The notes: generated by a model not told the origin, from the sequence alone. A DNA stretch of 64,000 nucleotides from Cyanobacteriota bacterium (GCA_022703625.1 JAKLDH010000001.1:12157-76156), one strand, 5' to 3'. Numbered from the stretch's first letter, positions 37,798 through 46,691 are shown. A program made the numbers and translations.

Positions 37798-38720
37798 AGA
37801 TAAACAAAGATTCAATTATTGGAGTTCTTTGCGGCGGAATGTCCAGCGAAAGAGAAGTTTCCCTAAGATCAGGCAAAAACTCTTTTGAAGCCTTAAAAAG
37901 GCTCGGCTATAACAATGCTTGCCTTATAGACGTCGATAAAAACATTGCAAAAACCCTGATAGACAAGAAAATAGAACTTGCTTTTATCTCTTTACACGGA
38001 AAATACGGCGAAGATGGTTGTATTCAGGGGGTTCTTGAAATTCTTGATATCCCTTACACCGGTTGCGGCGTTAAAGCCAGCGCAATTTGCATGGACAAGG
38101 AATTTACAAAAAGAATCGTGAAAACACAGGATATTCCTTTGATTCCCTCGCTTGTTGTTCGAAATTATGAGGAATTGCATAATCATTGCTCTGATCTTAA
38201 GTATCCTTTAATGGTAAAGCCTGTAAGCGAAGGCTCAAGCATAGGAATGTCAAAGGTTGATACCGTTGAAGAGCTGGAAAAGGCGGTAAAACTTGCTGAA
38301 AAATATAATACAGGCGTTATGCTGGAAGAATTTGTCGAGGGGAAATCGGTAACAATCGGCGTTCTTGATATGGCTTCAGGCGCGATTGCCACTCCCGTTC
38401 TGGAGTTAAGATCAAAAACAGGCTGGTATGATTTTGAAGCAAAGTATACAAAAGGGTTGACGGAGTTTATTCTCCCCGCTGAAATTGATGAAACAACGAC
38501 AAAATACGTTCAAAGTCTTGCTGTAAAAGCTCATAAAGCAGTGGAAGCAAGAGGAATGAGCAGAATAGATTTTATTATTACCGACAACAACGCTTATTTA
38601 CTTGAAATAAACACTATTCCCGGGATGACAGACTTAAGCGATCTTCCTGCGCAAGCTAAAGCAATGGGGATTGAGTACGATCAGCTTGTGGAGATCATTT
38701 TAAACAGCGCGTTTTTATAA
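37773..38720 (+). CDS. ddl: D-alanine--D-alanine ligase
   Basis: 'VLCGGMSSEREVSLRSG', an ATP-grasp core and 'EINTIPGMT'. Overlaps murB by 25 nt. Confidence 0.92.
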   Translation: MGEIHGSLKINKDSIIGVLCGGMSSEREVSLRSGKNSFEALKRLGYNNACLIDVDKNIAKTLIDKKIELAFISLHGKYGEDGCIQGVLEILDIPYTGCGVKASAICMDKEFTKRIVKTQDIPLIPSLVVRNYEELHNHCSDLKYPLMVKPVSEGSSIGMSKVDTVEELEKAVKLAEKYNTGVMLEEFVEGKSVTIGVLDMASGAIATPVLELRSKTGWYDFEAKYTKGLTEFILPAEIDETTTKYVQSLAVKAHKAVEARGMSRIDFIITDNNAYLLEINTIPGMTDLSDLPAQAKAMGIEYDQLVEIILNSAFL

Positions 38721-38776
38721 GCGTAAATTATAGTAATCTGAAAACGTTTTTACCCAGCCTGCGCCTCCCTTAGAGC

Positions 38777-38890
38777 GTCATTGAGAGGAGGGGCTCTGCT
38801 TCGACGCGGCAATCTAACCCTTTTAGACAAAATGCTTATATGTTGTTAGCCGGATAGATTGCCACGCTCGCTGCGCTCGCTCGCAATGAC
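38777..38890. repeat. family-D element (long inverted arms GTCATTGAGAGG.../...CTCGCAATGAC)
   Basis: Left arm GTCATTGAGAGGAGGGGCTCTGCTTCGACGCGGCAATCT. Right arm AGATTGCCACGCTCGCTGCGCTCGCTCGCAATGAC. Confidence 0.65.
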
Positions 38891-38970
38891 AATTTAAGCT
38901 ATTTTACATGATGAATTGCAAGTTCAGACCGTGTGAGAAATAAAATCTGATCCCTTAAAAAATATTAAAA

Positions 38971-39170
38971 CAATCATTTAAATACGAGGGGGTTCGGGGG
39001 CTTGCCCCTGATGGATATGTCAGTTTGTCATGTTCGTTTTTCTTTCTTTTGCTTCGTTTTCTTTCTTTTTGCGTTCAAAAAGAAAGAAAATGAAGAAACG
39101 GTAAGTATTGTAGGCTGAAAAGATGCTGAAACAAAGCCTGTCCTGAACTTGTTTCAGGATTCAGCATGAC
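38971..39170 (+). repeat. family-C element, short isoform (copy 1)
   Basis: Head ...GAGGGGGTTCGGGGGCTTGCCCCTGATGG, core TTTCTTTTTGCGTTCAAAAAGAAAGAAAATGAAGAAACGGTAAG, tail ...TTCAGCATGAC. Aligns with 43621, 46481 and the reverse complement of 48200. Confidence 0.7.
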
Positions 39171-39209
39171 AAAACGCAGCAGGGTTGCGGAAAATTTATC
39201 CTTCAAAAA

Positions 39210-40115
39210 TTAAATCTTTAATGTGGTTTTAAAGTGCAGTTTTGCTACATTTGACAGTTTTTCAAGCCCGTATTTGGCGGTAAAAATTTTTGCCTGTTTT
39301 ATTACTTCCTCAGACGCGCCTTTAGGGAAATTTACCCCGTATTCTAAAGATATTTTTTTCATTCTTTTTACAAATTCGTTTCTTGCAAGAACTGACGCCG
39401 CGGCTACTGCAATATCATCTTCCGCTTTTGTTCTTTGTTCCAGATTTATTGTTTTTCCCTGTTTTAAAAGAGCGTTCTTTATAAGAGATTCATTTCCGAA
39501 TTTGTCAGAAAGAGCATTCTGACAAGGCGTTTTTTCAAGAATGTTCTCAATCGCTCTGGCATGACCCCAGGCAAGTAAATTGTTTAAATTCCCGATTTTT
39601 TTATAAAGCTCGTTATATTTTGCGGGATTTATTACAATTACGGAAAAAACGCTGATTTTTTGAATTTCAGGCGCTATTTTTTCAATAAAACTGTCTTTTA
39701 ATTTTTTGCTGTCCTGAACCCCTAAAGTTGATAATTTGCTTAAATTGTTTTCATCCACCAGAACTCCGGCAACAACCAGAGGTCCGAAATAATCTCCTTT
39801 ACCGGATTCATCAGTTCCAATCCAGCTTTTATACGATTGAGGCAACGAAGAAGAGGCTTTAGCAACTGTTTTTAATTGAGCTTGAACATTATCAGACAAA
39901 ACAGAATTGTTTAAAAGTTTATTGACAAAGTTTTCCGCATTTTTTCCCTGAACCAAAAGTTTCCCGCTTTTATATAAAGAAACGGTAATTTCACTTTTTT
40001 GAGCCCTCCAAAGGGTGTATTCAGCCTGTTTAAAATTAAACCCGCTTTTTTCTAGCCTGGATTTTAGCTCACCTTCTTTGGAAAGGTCAATTTTTAAACT
40101 GAATGAATTAGACAT
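39210..40115 (-). CDS. rnhC: ribonuclease HIII
   Basis: N-terminal RNase HIII-specific domain plus a catalytic 'GTDESGKGDYFGPLVVAG' RNase HII-type core. Confidence 0.88.
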   Translation of the reverse strand: MSNSFSLKIDLSKEGELKSRLEKSGFNFKQAEYTLWRAQKSEITVSLYKSGKLLVQGKNAENFVNKLLNNSVLSDNVQAQLKTVAKASSSLPQSYKSWIGTDESGKGDYFGPLVVAGVLVDENNLSKLSTLGVQDSKKLKDSFIEKIAPEIQKISVFSVIVINPAKYNELYKKIGNLNNLLAWGHARAIENILEKTPCQNALSDKFGNESLIKNALLKQGKTINLEQRTKAEDDIAVAAASVLARNEFVKRMKKISLEYGVNFPKGASEEVIKQAKIFTAKYGLEKLSNVAKLHFKTTLKI

Positions 40116-40160
40116 GAACTGTTTTTATACTAAACGACATATTAATGATTTTTATTGTAT

Positions 40161-40406
40161 TTATCCGACAAGACCGCTGCCGTCAGCTTCACTGGCTTTT
40201 ACCATTATTGCATGCTGGACGGGCTTTTCTTTTTTAATAGAAGAATTGTATACAACCTCTGTATCATAGCCGAATTCATCCTGCGGCGCTTTGCGAGAAT
40301 GTTCGTCTATAAGCTTTTTCGCCAAATCTGCTATTTCATAAACAAGCTCGTATTTGTTTTCGGATTTTTCGTTTAAATCTAACGCTGTTTTTATTATTTG
40401 ATCCAT
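40161..40406 (-). CDS. rpoZ: possible RNA polymerase omega subunit
   Basis: 81 aa. 'NKYELVYEIADLAKKL' and 'KPVQHAIMVKASE' follow the omega pattern (N[RK]Y.l...a.rAk...KP...Ai.E). Confidence 0.45.
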   Translation of the reverse strand: MDQIIKTALDLNEKSENKYELVYEIADLAKKLIDEHSRKAPQDEFGYDTEVVYNSSIKKEKPVQHAIMVKASEADGSGLVG

Positions 40407-40534
40407 TATGCGCCTCTCTTTATTTAATTAAATAGATATCTTATTATATTACCTTAAATTTGTTATATCAAATATAAAAAAATGCGGGTTCATCTTATTT
40501 TTTCGTGAAATTCAATGCCCATAAGCATGGAGCT

Positions 40535-40670
40535 GTCATTGCGAGGAAGAATTTTTCCATATAATTGTGAATAAAAGCGGAAATCTTTATGAAAAATTCT
40601 GACGCGGCAATCTTTCCAGTCTTTCCGGGCTAAAAATAGATTCCCGCGTCGCTTCGCTCCTCGGAATGAC
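40535..40670. repeat. family-D element
   Basis: Arms GTCATTGCGAGGAAG (40535-) and GCTCCTCGGAATGAC (-40670), with inner arms GACGCGGCAATCT / AGATTCCCGCGTC. Translated by the spurious ORF 40490..40672. Confidence 0.65.
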
Positions 40671-40685
40671 AATTTCTAGTTTATG

Positions 40686-40710
40686 AGGGCGAACACTTAG
40701 GTTCGCCCCT
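40686..40710. repeat. GC hairpin GGGCGAAC/GTTCGCCC
   Basis: 8-bp stem followed by GCTTTTATT. Lies downstream of the DEAD-box gene on the other strand. Confidence 0.4.
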
Positions 40711-40735
40711 GCTTTTATTACCTATTTTTATTATA

Positions 40736-40791
40736 TTAAGGCTTCTCTAAAAACTCGAATGGGGCTGGGCGTAGAAGCTAAGCCTCTATTA
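40736..40791 (-). repeat. family-E fragment
   Basis: TTAAGGCTTCTCTAAAAAC terminus, then a truncated core. Abuts and overlaps the DEAD-box helicase stop codon (40789-91). Confidence 0.55.
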
Positions 40792-42321
40792 ATCAAATTT
40801 TCTTTTGTTTTTAACTCGTTTATCTGTTTTTTTCTGAAAACCCTGCTCATTTGCGTTTTTTGGTTTTTTGTTTGACGATTTATAGTTTTTTACAGGAGCT
40901 TCTGAAGATTGTTTTTTGAAAAACTTTTTCCTGTCAAACTCCCTGCCTCTTTCGTTAAATCTTTTTTTAGGCTTTAATTTATCCACTCCTGCCGGTTCAT
41001 TAAAATCAATGGTCTGGTCAAAATTCTTACTTTCTTCCTGAACAGACATTTTAATTAATGCCGCCGCCACATCAAGAGCGGTATAATCCTGACCCATTAA
41101 AAATTCGGCATGGTTTATATAATTGCTTAAATGCCCTTGTTCTAAAATTGTCTGAACTTTAGAAATAAATGTGTTTATTTTTGTTGATTCAAGATCATTT
41201 ATGCTGGGAACCTGCTGTTGAAGGATATTCATGCCATTTGCTCTTTGTATGCGGGTTAAATTGTAAATTTGCTTACCTACAACAAAGGTAAAAGCTTTTC
41301 CTGTCTTGCCTGCCCTGCCGGTTCTGCCGATTCTGTGAATATAATCCTCGTCATCTCTTGGCAAATCATAATTAAATACCGCTTCAACATCATTAACGTC
41401 AATTCCTCTTCCCGCAACATCCGTTGCGACAAGAATTTCTGTTGTTCTGTTTCTAAAGCTCGCCATAACCTTATCGCGCTGATTTTGGTTTAAATCGCCG
41501 TGTAATCCTTCCGCAAAATAACCTCTGGTTTTTAAGCTTTCCACAAGCTCGTCAACCTGTTTTTTTGTGTTGCAGAACACGAGCCCGAGTTTTATATTAT
41601 GAAGATCAATTAGTCTTGATAAAACTTCCAGTTTGGCTTTTTCCTGAATATCAAAATATACCTGTTGAATTTTTGGAGTGTCCAGTTTTTTCTGTGTAAT
41701 ATTTATGATTTTAGGGTTTGTTTGGTATTTTTTTGTTAAATCTATGATTTCTCTTGGCATTGTCGCTGAAAACATGACTGTTTGTCTGTTTTCAGGAATA
41801 TCTTTAAGGATTATTTCTATGTCCTCTCTAAATCCCATATCAAGCATTTCGTCAGCTTCATCCAAAACAATGGTGTTTACAGAATTAAATTTGATAGAAC
41901 CGCGTCGCATGTGATCCATTGTTCTGCCGGGAGTTCCCACTATAATTTGAGGTTGTTTTTTTAAAGCTTTAAACTGTCTTTCAATCTGCTGACCGCCGTA
42001 AATTGCCACAACAGAAACGTTTTCTTTATATTTGGCAAGTTTTCTAAACTCTTCCGTTACCTGAATAACAAGTTCTCTTGTCGGACAAAGAACTAACGCC
42101 TGAATTTGTTTATTGTCGAGGTCAAGATTTTCAAGCAAAGGAATAGCAAAAGCCGCTGTTTTTCCTGTGCCTGTCTGGGCTTGTCCTATAATGTCGTTTT
42201 TGCTCATAAGCAAAGGAATTGCTTCTGACTGAATTGGGGAAGCTTCTTCAAATCCCATATCTGAAACCGCTTGAAGAATCTCGTTTGAAAGAGATAATTG
42301 ATCAAATTTTAATTTATTCAT
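40789..42321 (-). CDS. DEAD-box ATP-dependent RNA helicase
   Basis: Q-motif region, 'AQTGTGKT', 'VLDEADEMLD', 'SAT' and 'HRIGRTGRAG', with a basic C-terminal tail. Confidence 0.92.
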   Translation of the reverse strand: MNKLKFDQLSLSNEILQAVSDMGFEEASPIQSEAIPLLMSKNDIIGQAQTGTGKTAAFAIPLLENLDLDNKQIQALVLCPTRELVIQVTEEFRKLAKYKENVSVVAIYGGQQIERQFKALKKQPQIIVGTPGRTMDHMRRGSIKFNSVNTIVLDEADEMLDMGFREDIEIILKDIPENRQTVMFSATMPREIIDLTKKYQTNPKIINITQKKLDTPKIQQVYFDIQEKAKLEVLSRLIDLHNIKLGLVFCNTKKQVDELVESLKTRGYFAEGLHGDLNQNQRDKVMASFRNRTTEILVATDVAGRGIDVNDVEAVFNYDLPRDDEDYIHRIGRTGRAGKTGKAFTFVVGKQIYNLTRIQRANGMNILQQQVPSINDLESTKINTFISKVQTILEQGHLSNYINHAEFLMGQDYTALDVAAALIKMSVQEESKNFDQTIDFNEPAGVDKLKPKKRFNERGREFDRKKFFKKQSSEAPVKNYKSSNKKPKNANEQGFQKKTDKRVKNKRKFD

Positions 42322-42459
42322 TTTTTCCTGCTAAAATGCCCTTTATACTTTACATTTTCCTTGAATGTATAAGGACATTTTGTTGATACATTTAAGGTTT
42401 TTATTTTAATCCACTGTTTAAATTATCATACAAATTAATATTATAAGCAAATCTCTTTA

Positions 42460-42616
42460 AGGCTTCTCTAAAAACAAAAGAATTTTATTATTTATATCTA
42501 CCCCCCTGCCCCCCTTCAAAGGGGGGAGAAGTTCATGGGTAGGGGCTTCGCCCCTACACCAAACCCCAATCAAATTTTATAAAAATTTCAAAAAATTGAA
42601 TTTTTAGAGGCGTCCT
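42460..42616 (-). mobile_element. family-E MITE, complete
   Basis: TIRs AGGCTTCTCTAAAAA (42460-) and TTTTTAGAGGCGTCCT (-42616), flanked by TTA (42457-59) and TTA (42617-19). Confidence 0.75.
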
Positions 42617-42690
42617 TTAATATTTCGGGTAATTTAATTTATCACTAAATAATTTATACTTAAAAGAAAATTATACCAATTTAGTTTTAT

Positions 42691-42778
42691 AATAAAAGTC
42701 GTTAATATGTTTACATTTAACGAGTTTTCCTCATTACCCGCAAGAAATTCATGTTAATTAGTTTTGTCGTTTAGTATA
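42691..42778 (+). repeat. conserved 85-nt 5'-element, copy 2 (ends 3 nt before the phosphoribosyltransferase ATG)
   Basis: Full-length alignment with 18161-18247. A TATACCAAT family-B-type terminus lies just upstream at 42672-42680. Confidence 0.7.
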
Positions 42779-42781
42779 ATT

Positions 42782-43438
42782 ATGAAAATAGAAAAATACG
42801 AGTCTAAAGAAGCTGCCGGTGAAATTCTTGCAGAAAAACTTTTTGAATTAAAGTTAGAAAAACCCTATATAATGGCTGTTTTAAGAGGCGGGGTTCAAGT
42901 TGCGCAAGTAATTGCGGATAAATTTAAACTTCCTGTACATCCTTTGATAGTAAAAAAACTTCCTTCTCCTGAAAATCCAGAATATGGATTTGGAGCTGTT
43001 ACAGAAGACGGGACTTTAGTTCTTAATGAAAATGCTGTTCTTTCTTTGAAACTTAGCCGGGATATCATAGAAAAAATTGCTAATACTATTGTTCTTGAAA
43101 TTCAACGCAGAAAAAATATATTTGGCGAGCTTGATAATAAAAAAATAAGCGAATCAGACGTAATTATAGTTGATGATGGCATTGCAACCGGTTATTCTTT
43201 AATTGCCGCTATAAATACAGTTAAAAAACGGCGTCCTAAATCTATTACTATAGCTGTTCCGGTAAGTTCATTAAGCGCTTATTCAGTTATAAAAAAACTT
43301 GCTGACAATATTGTTTGTCCTCTTATAAGCAGTGATTATTTTTTTACGGTCGCCGCATATTATAAAACATGGAGTGATTTATCAGAAGAAAGTCTTAAAT
43401 TTATTATTGAAGACTACAAAAATAAATATTCTGATTAA
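42782..43438 (+). CDS. phosphoribosyltransferase-family protein
   Basis: PRPP-binding loop 'VIIVDDGIATGYS'. The ATG at 42782 (MKIEKYESKEAAG) is preferred over the TTG at 42764. Confidence 0.8.
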   Translation: MKIEKYESKEAAGEILAEKLFELKLEKPYIMAVLRGGVQVAQVIADKFKLPVHPLIVKKLPSPENPEYGFGAVTEDGTLVLNENAVLSLKLSRDIIEKIANTIVLEIQRRKNIFGELDNKKISESDVIIVDDGIATGYSLIAAINTVKKRRPKSITIAVPVSSLSAYSVIKKLADNIVCPLISSDYFFTVAAYYKTWSDLSEESLKFIIEDYKNKYSD

Positions 43439-43606
43439 CTTGAATTGCTAAATAAATAATTTTATATTTGGCGTAGCGGCTGGCTTCGCCAGCCGCTACG
43501 CCGTTTTAAGGGCATGCGGCTCGCAGGCTTTGCCTGCGAGCCGCATAAAAAATTAAAATAAAATTTCAATCTATTTCAGCGTTTCGACTAATTAGCAATT
43601 CGAGTT
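43437..43606 (+). mobile_element. family-F MITE (TIR AACTTGAATTGCTAA)
   Basis: Left TIR 43437-43451, right TIR TTAGCAATTCGAGTT 43592-43606 (15/16 match). Cargo hairpins GCGGCTGGCTTCGCCAGCCGC and GCGGCTCGCAGGC/GCCTGCGAGCCGC. The PRT stop codon (43436-38) overlaps the left end. Confidence 0.75.
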
Positions 43607-43620
43607 GATTAAAATAATAA

Positions 43621-43894
43621 AATGATCTTTTGAACACAAGGGGGTTCGGGGGCTTGCCCCTGACAGTCTTGTCCCCTTGGGGTTCAGTTTTTCTTTCTTT
43701 TGCGCGCCTAAGGCGCATTAATAGGGAACTGTTACTTGGATTGTGTCCCAAGCTTCCCGCTTTGCGGGTTCTTTCTTTTTGCGTTCAAAAAGAAAGAAAA
43801 TGAAGAAACGGTAAGTCTTGTATTTACATGCTGGAAAGATGCTGTTGCGAAGCAGTCGGCGCTGTCCGCATTTCGCAAACAAATTCAGCATGAC
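43621..43894 (+). repeat. family-C element, long isoform (copy 2)
   Basis: Same head, core and tail as copy 1, plus a ~72-nt internal insert (GCGCGCCTAAGGCGC...CCCGCTTTGCGGG) between the two TTCTTTCTTTT(T)GC direct repeats. Ends 5 nt from the glutaredoxin stop. Confidence 0.7.
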
Positions 43895-43898
43895 TCTT

Positions 43899-44171
43899 TT
43901 AGGCTGGTTCTTTTAATAAAATATCCAGTTTTCCTGACTCGTTAAGTTCCTTAAGATCAGTATATCCTCCAATATGTTTACTGTTTATAAAAATTTGAGG
44001 AACAGTTGTTCTTCCGGTTGAACCAATCATTTCTCCTATTTTTTCCCTCATCTCTCCTTCATTTGAAGTTATATCAATGTTTTCAAAGTCAATTCCTCTT
44101 TCATTAAGAAGTTTCTTTGCTTTATTGCAATACGGACAATAATCAACTGTATATATAACTACTTTTGCCAT
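43899..44171 (-). CDS. grxC: glutaredoxin
   Basis: 'CPYC' active site, 'TVPQIFI' and 'GGYTDL'. Confidence 0.9.
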   Translation of the reverse strand: MAKVVIYTVDYCPYCNKAKKLLNERGIDFENIDITSNEGEMREKIGEMIGSTGRTTVPQIFINSKHIGGYTDLKELNESGKLDILLKEPA

Positions 44172-44210
44172 AATTTTCTCCTTTTTATATATATTTATTT
44201 TCGGTGGCGG

Positions 44211-44325
44211 CTAAATTCTAAACGCTAATTTTATTGGGGTTTGGTGTAGGGGCTTCACCCTTACCCATCAACTGTTCCCTCCCCTCAAGGGGAGGGTTAG
44301 GGAGGGGTGATAAAAAATCACTTCA
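44211..44325 (+). repeat. family-E variant
   Basis: TTGGGGTTTGGTGTAGGGGCTTCACCCTTACC followed by the CCCTCCCCTCAAGGGGAGGG hairpin. Confidence 0.5.
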
Positions 44326-44454
44326 TTTTTTACCACTACCTTCTTTTCTATTTTATATTATTTTTCTCTTATTTTATTGATAACTTTATTTATTTTTAAT
44401 AATTAAACAGTATACTTTTATTATCTATTAAACGATAAAGCTAATTAACTTTAA

Positions 44455-44757
44455 ATGATTATAAAAGAATTTTCAAAACATCTTCAAAAATTTAATGCGG
44501 ATATTCCTGCTTTAATTATTCTTTCAAAATGGCTTAAAGAAAAAATTTCAAAAAAAGCGGAAAATAATGTTGAGAAAATTTTACAAAAAGAAATTGTTTT
44601 GTTAAAAAACAAAAGAGGTTTATTTTTATTGCTCGCTAAATCATCTTCAGGACAAAAACTCCTTGAATCCTTATATGAATTTGCTTTAAGTTATGATAAT
44701 TACAAGTTTAACAAGTGGTTGCATAAAATAAAGGCAAGCGATTTTATTTTAGAATAA
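44455..44757 (+). CDS. hypothetical protein (100 aa)
   Basis: Isolated ORF between repeats. No recognisable motif. Confidence 0.4.
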   Translation: MIIKEFSKHLQKFNADIPALIILSKWLKEKISKKAENNVEKILQKEIVLLKNKRGLFLLLAKSSSGQKLLESLYEFALSYDNYKFNKWLHKIKASDFILE

Positions 44758-44769
44758 ACTTTATTAATT

Positions 44770-44939
44770 TACTTGAGTTTTTAAAAAAATAATTTTATAT
44801 TTGGCGTAGCGGCTGGCTTCGCCAGCCGCTACGCCTTCTTAAGGATATGTGGCTCGCAGGCAAAGCCTGCGAGCCACATAAAAAATTAAAATAAAATTTC
44901 AAGCTATTTCAGCCTTTAGACTAATTCCTAACTCAGGTA
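44770..44939 (+). mobile_element. family-F MITE, second copy (diverged TIRs)
   Basis: Core is almost identical to 43451-43590. Ends are TACTTGAGTTTTTAA and TTCCTAACTCAGGTA. Confidence 0.65.
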
Positions 44940-45030
44940 TATTAATGACTTTTATTAAAATAAACAAATTTTAATTACCGGTTTTTTATTGTAAAATTTT
45001 ATAAAGGGCATGGATTTTTTTAAAACCTCC

Positions 45031-45196
45031 TGTAGAAAACTTGTGTAAAACTTGTATAAAAGTATGTTTTTTTTGTAGAAAACAATTGTAGATAAATATA
45101 ACCTTTGTAGAAAATTCTTTAGTTTTATACAAACTTTTAACAGGTTTTGCGCAAGCAAGATTAATAGTATAAGCGTATTTTATACTGTTTTCTACA
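45031..45196. other. putative chromosomal replication origin (oriC): DnaA-box cluster upstream of dnaN
   Basis: TGTAGAAAA at 45031, 45074 and 45106, and its complement TTTTCTACA at 45188. Variants are TGTGTAAAA 45042, TGTATAAAA 45053 and TGTAGATAA 45087. An AT-rich stretch at 45221-45297 follows. Confidence 0.6.
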
Positions 45197-45315
45197 GAAA
45201 AACTCTTCCCCTACTATTACTAGATAAATAAATTAATTTTTTAAATTATTATTTAGTAAGTAAAATGATTAAGGTGAAAGAAATTTTTTAAAAAAAGTTG
45301 AGGAGTTGTTTAAAA

Positions 45316-46428
45316 ATGAAATTTTCTGTTGAAAAAAATGTAATTAATAACGCTTTAAATATTGTTTCAAAAGCAGCTGCGGCAAGAGGAATACAACCGG
45401 TACTTTCAAATGTTTTAATAGAAACTGTTGAAAATAATCAAATAAAATTATGCGCAACTGATCTTGATATTTCAATTGAAATGAAAATTGCGGCAGAAAT
45501 TTCTGAAAAAGGCAGTATTACACTTCCGGCAAAAAAATTGAATGAAATAATTTCAAAATTATCAAATGAAAAAGTAAATTTTAATATTAAAGGTGAAGAT
45601 AATGTTGTTGAAATTAAATGCGGAAGTTCAAAATTTGATATTAAAGGCATTGCGGCGAGCGAATTTCCTGTTGTGGAATATCCTGAAACAGAAGATTATA
45701 TTGATATAGTTATTGAACCTTTATTAAAAGCCGTAAAGCAAACTATTTTTGCTACCGCTACTTATGATATGAATAATGTTTTAAGCGGAGTTTTCTGTAA
45801 AATTAATGAAAACACCCTTGAAATGGCGGCTCTTGACGGAAACAGACTGGCAAGGGTTAAAGAAGAAATAGAAAATATAGAAAATAAAAGTTTTTCTGTT
45901 ATTATTCCGTCGAGAACTTTAAAGGAATTTATGAATATTTTATCCGGCGTTGAAGATGAAAAAGTGTCAATAACAGTTAGAAACGGACAAATTTTGTTTA
46001 AATTAAAAGACAGATTTATAACTTCGAGATTAATTGAAGGTCAATTCCCTAATTATGAACAGCTTATACCTTTAAGCAACAATAAAAAAGCGACAATAGA
46101 CAAAAATAAACTGATGTCTACGCTTGACAGAGTTTCTACAATGGTTAACGAAAGAACAAATATAGTTAAATTTTCATTTAACAAGGATAATTTAAAAGTA
46201 ACAGCAGATACTCCTGATCTTGGAGATTCCTGCGACGAGTTATTGGTTGATTATAAAAACGAGAGTTTTGATATAGCTTTTAATTACAGATATATTCAGG
46301 ATTTTTTAAAAATAACCGAAACAGAAAATGTTGTAGTGGAGATGGATGGTTCTCTTTCAGGCGTTTTGTATAAATCAGAAGGGGAAAAAGAAGCTGTTTG
46401 TTTAATAATGCCTGTTCAGCTTAATTAA
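45316..46428 (+). CDS. dnaN: DNA polymerase III beta subunit (sliding clamp)
   Basis: 'MKFSVEKNVINNALNIVSKAA...PVLSNVLIE...LCATDLDISIE' beta-clamp pattern. 370 aa from the ATG at 45316 (GAGGAG upstream). Confidence 0.92.
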   Translation: MKFSVEKNVINNALNIVSKAAAARGIQPVLSNVLIETVENNQIKLCATDLDISIEMKIAAEISEKGSITLPAKKLNEIISKLSNEKVNFNIKGEDNVVEIKCGSSKFDIKGIAASEFPVVEYPETEDYIDIVIEPLLKAVKQTIFATATYDMNNVLSGVFCKINENTLEMAALDGNRLARVKEEIENIENKSFSVIIPSRTLKEFMNILSGVEDEKVSITVRNGQILFKLKDRFITSRLIEGQFPNYEQLIPLSNNKKATIDKNKLMSTLDRVSTMVNERTNIVKFSFNKDNLKVTADTPDLGDSCDELLVDYKNESFDIAFNYRYIQDFLKITETENVVVEMDGSLSGVLYKSEGEKEAVCLIMPVQLN

Positions 46429-46480
46429 CGCCAAGTTTTAATAAAGATAACCGATAATATTTTTTATGTAAAAAATAAAA

Positions 46481-46691
46481 AAAAGACAAAAATCAAGCAT
46501 TTGAATACAAGGGGGTTCGGGGGCTTGCCCCTGATGGATTTGTCAGTTTGTCATGTTAGTTTTTTCTTTTCTTTTGGTTCGTTTTCTTTGCTTTTTTTCA
46601 AAAAAGAAAAGAAAATGAACAAACGGTAAGCATTGCATTGCATGCTGGAAAGATGCTGTTGCGAAGCAGTAGGTGCTGTCCGCATTTCGCA
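46481..46691 (+). repeat. family-C element, short isoform (copy 3), left bracket of the methyltransferase cassette
   Basis: AAAAGACAAAAATCAAGCATTTGAATACAAGGGGGTTCGGGGGCTTGCCCCTGATGG... The tail is replaced by an E fragment. Confidence 0.7.

Noticed and set aside
42322-42456. Riboswitch or thermosensor in the DEAD-box helicase 5' UTR (imperfect inverted repeat AAAATGCCCTTTATAC / GTATAAGGACATTTT)
   Set aside because: It is a single imperfect hairpin with no match to any riboswitch class I can recognise, and there are no other copies for covariation.
43566-43945. ORFs 43566..43751(-) and 43736..43945(+); likewise 46638..46832(+), 22865..23047(+), 40490..40672(-), 44955..45158(-) and 46834..47031(-)
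   Set aside because: They lie entirely in repeat elements or in the DnaA-box region. Their conserved peptides (e.g. PLQRGAGGVDIKNK / PPLKGGRGVDIKNK) simply reflect repeated DNA. They have no ribosome-binding sites and show low-complexity composition.
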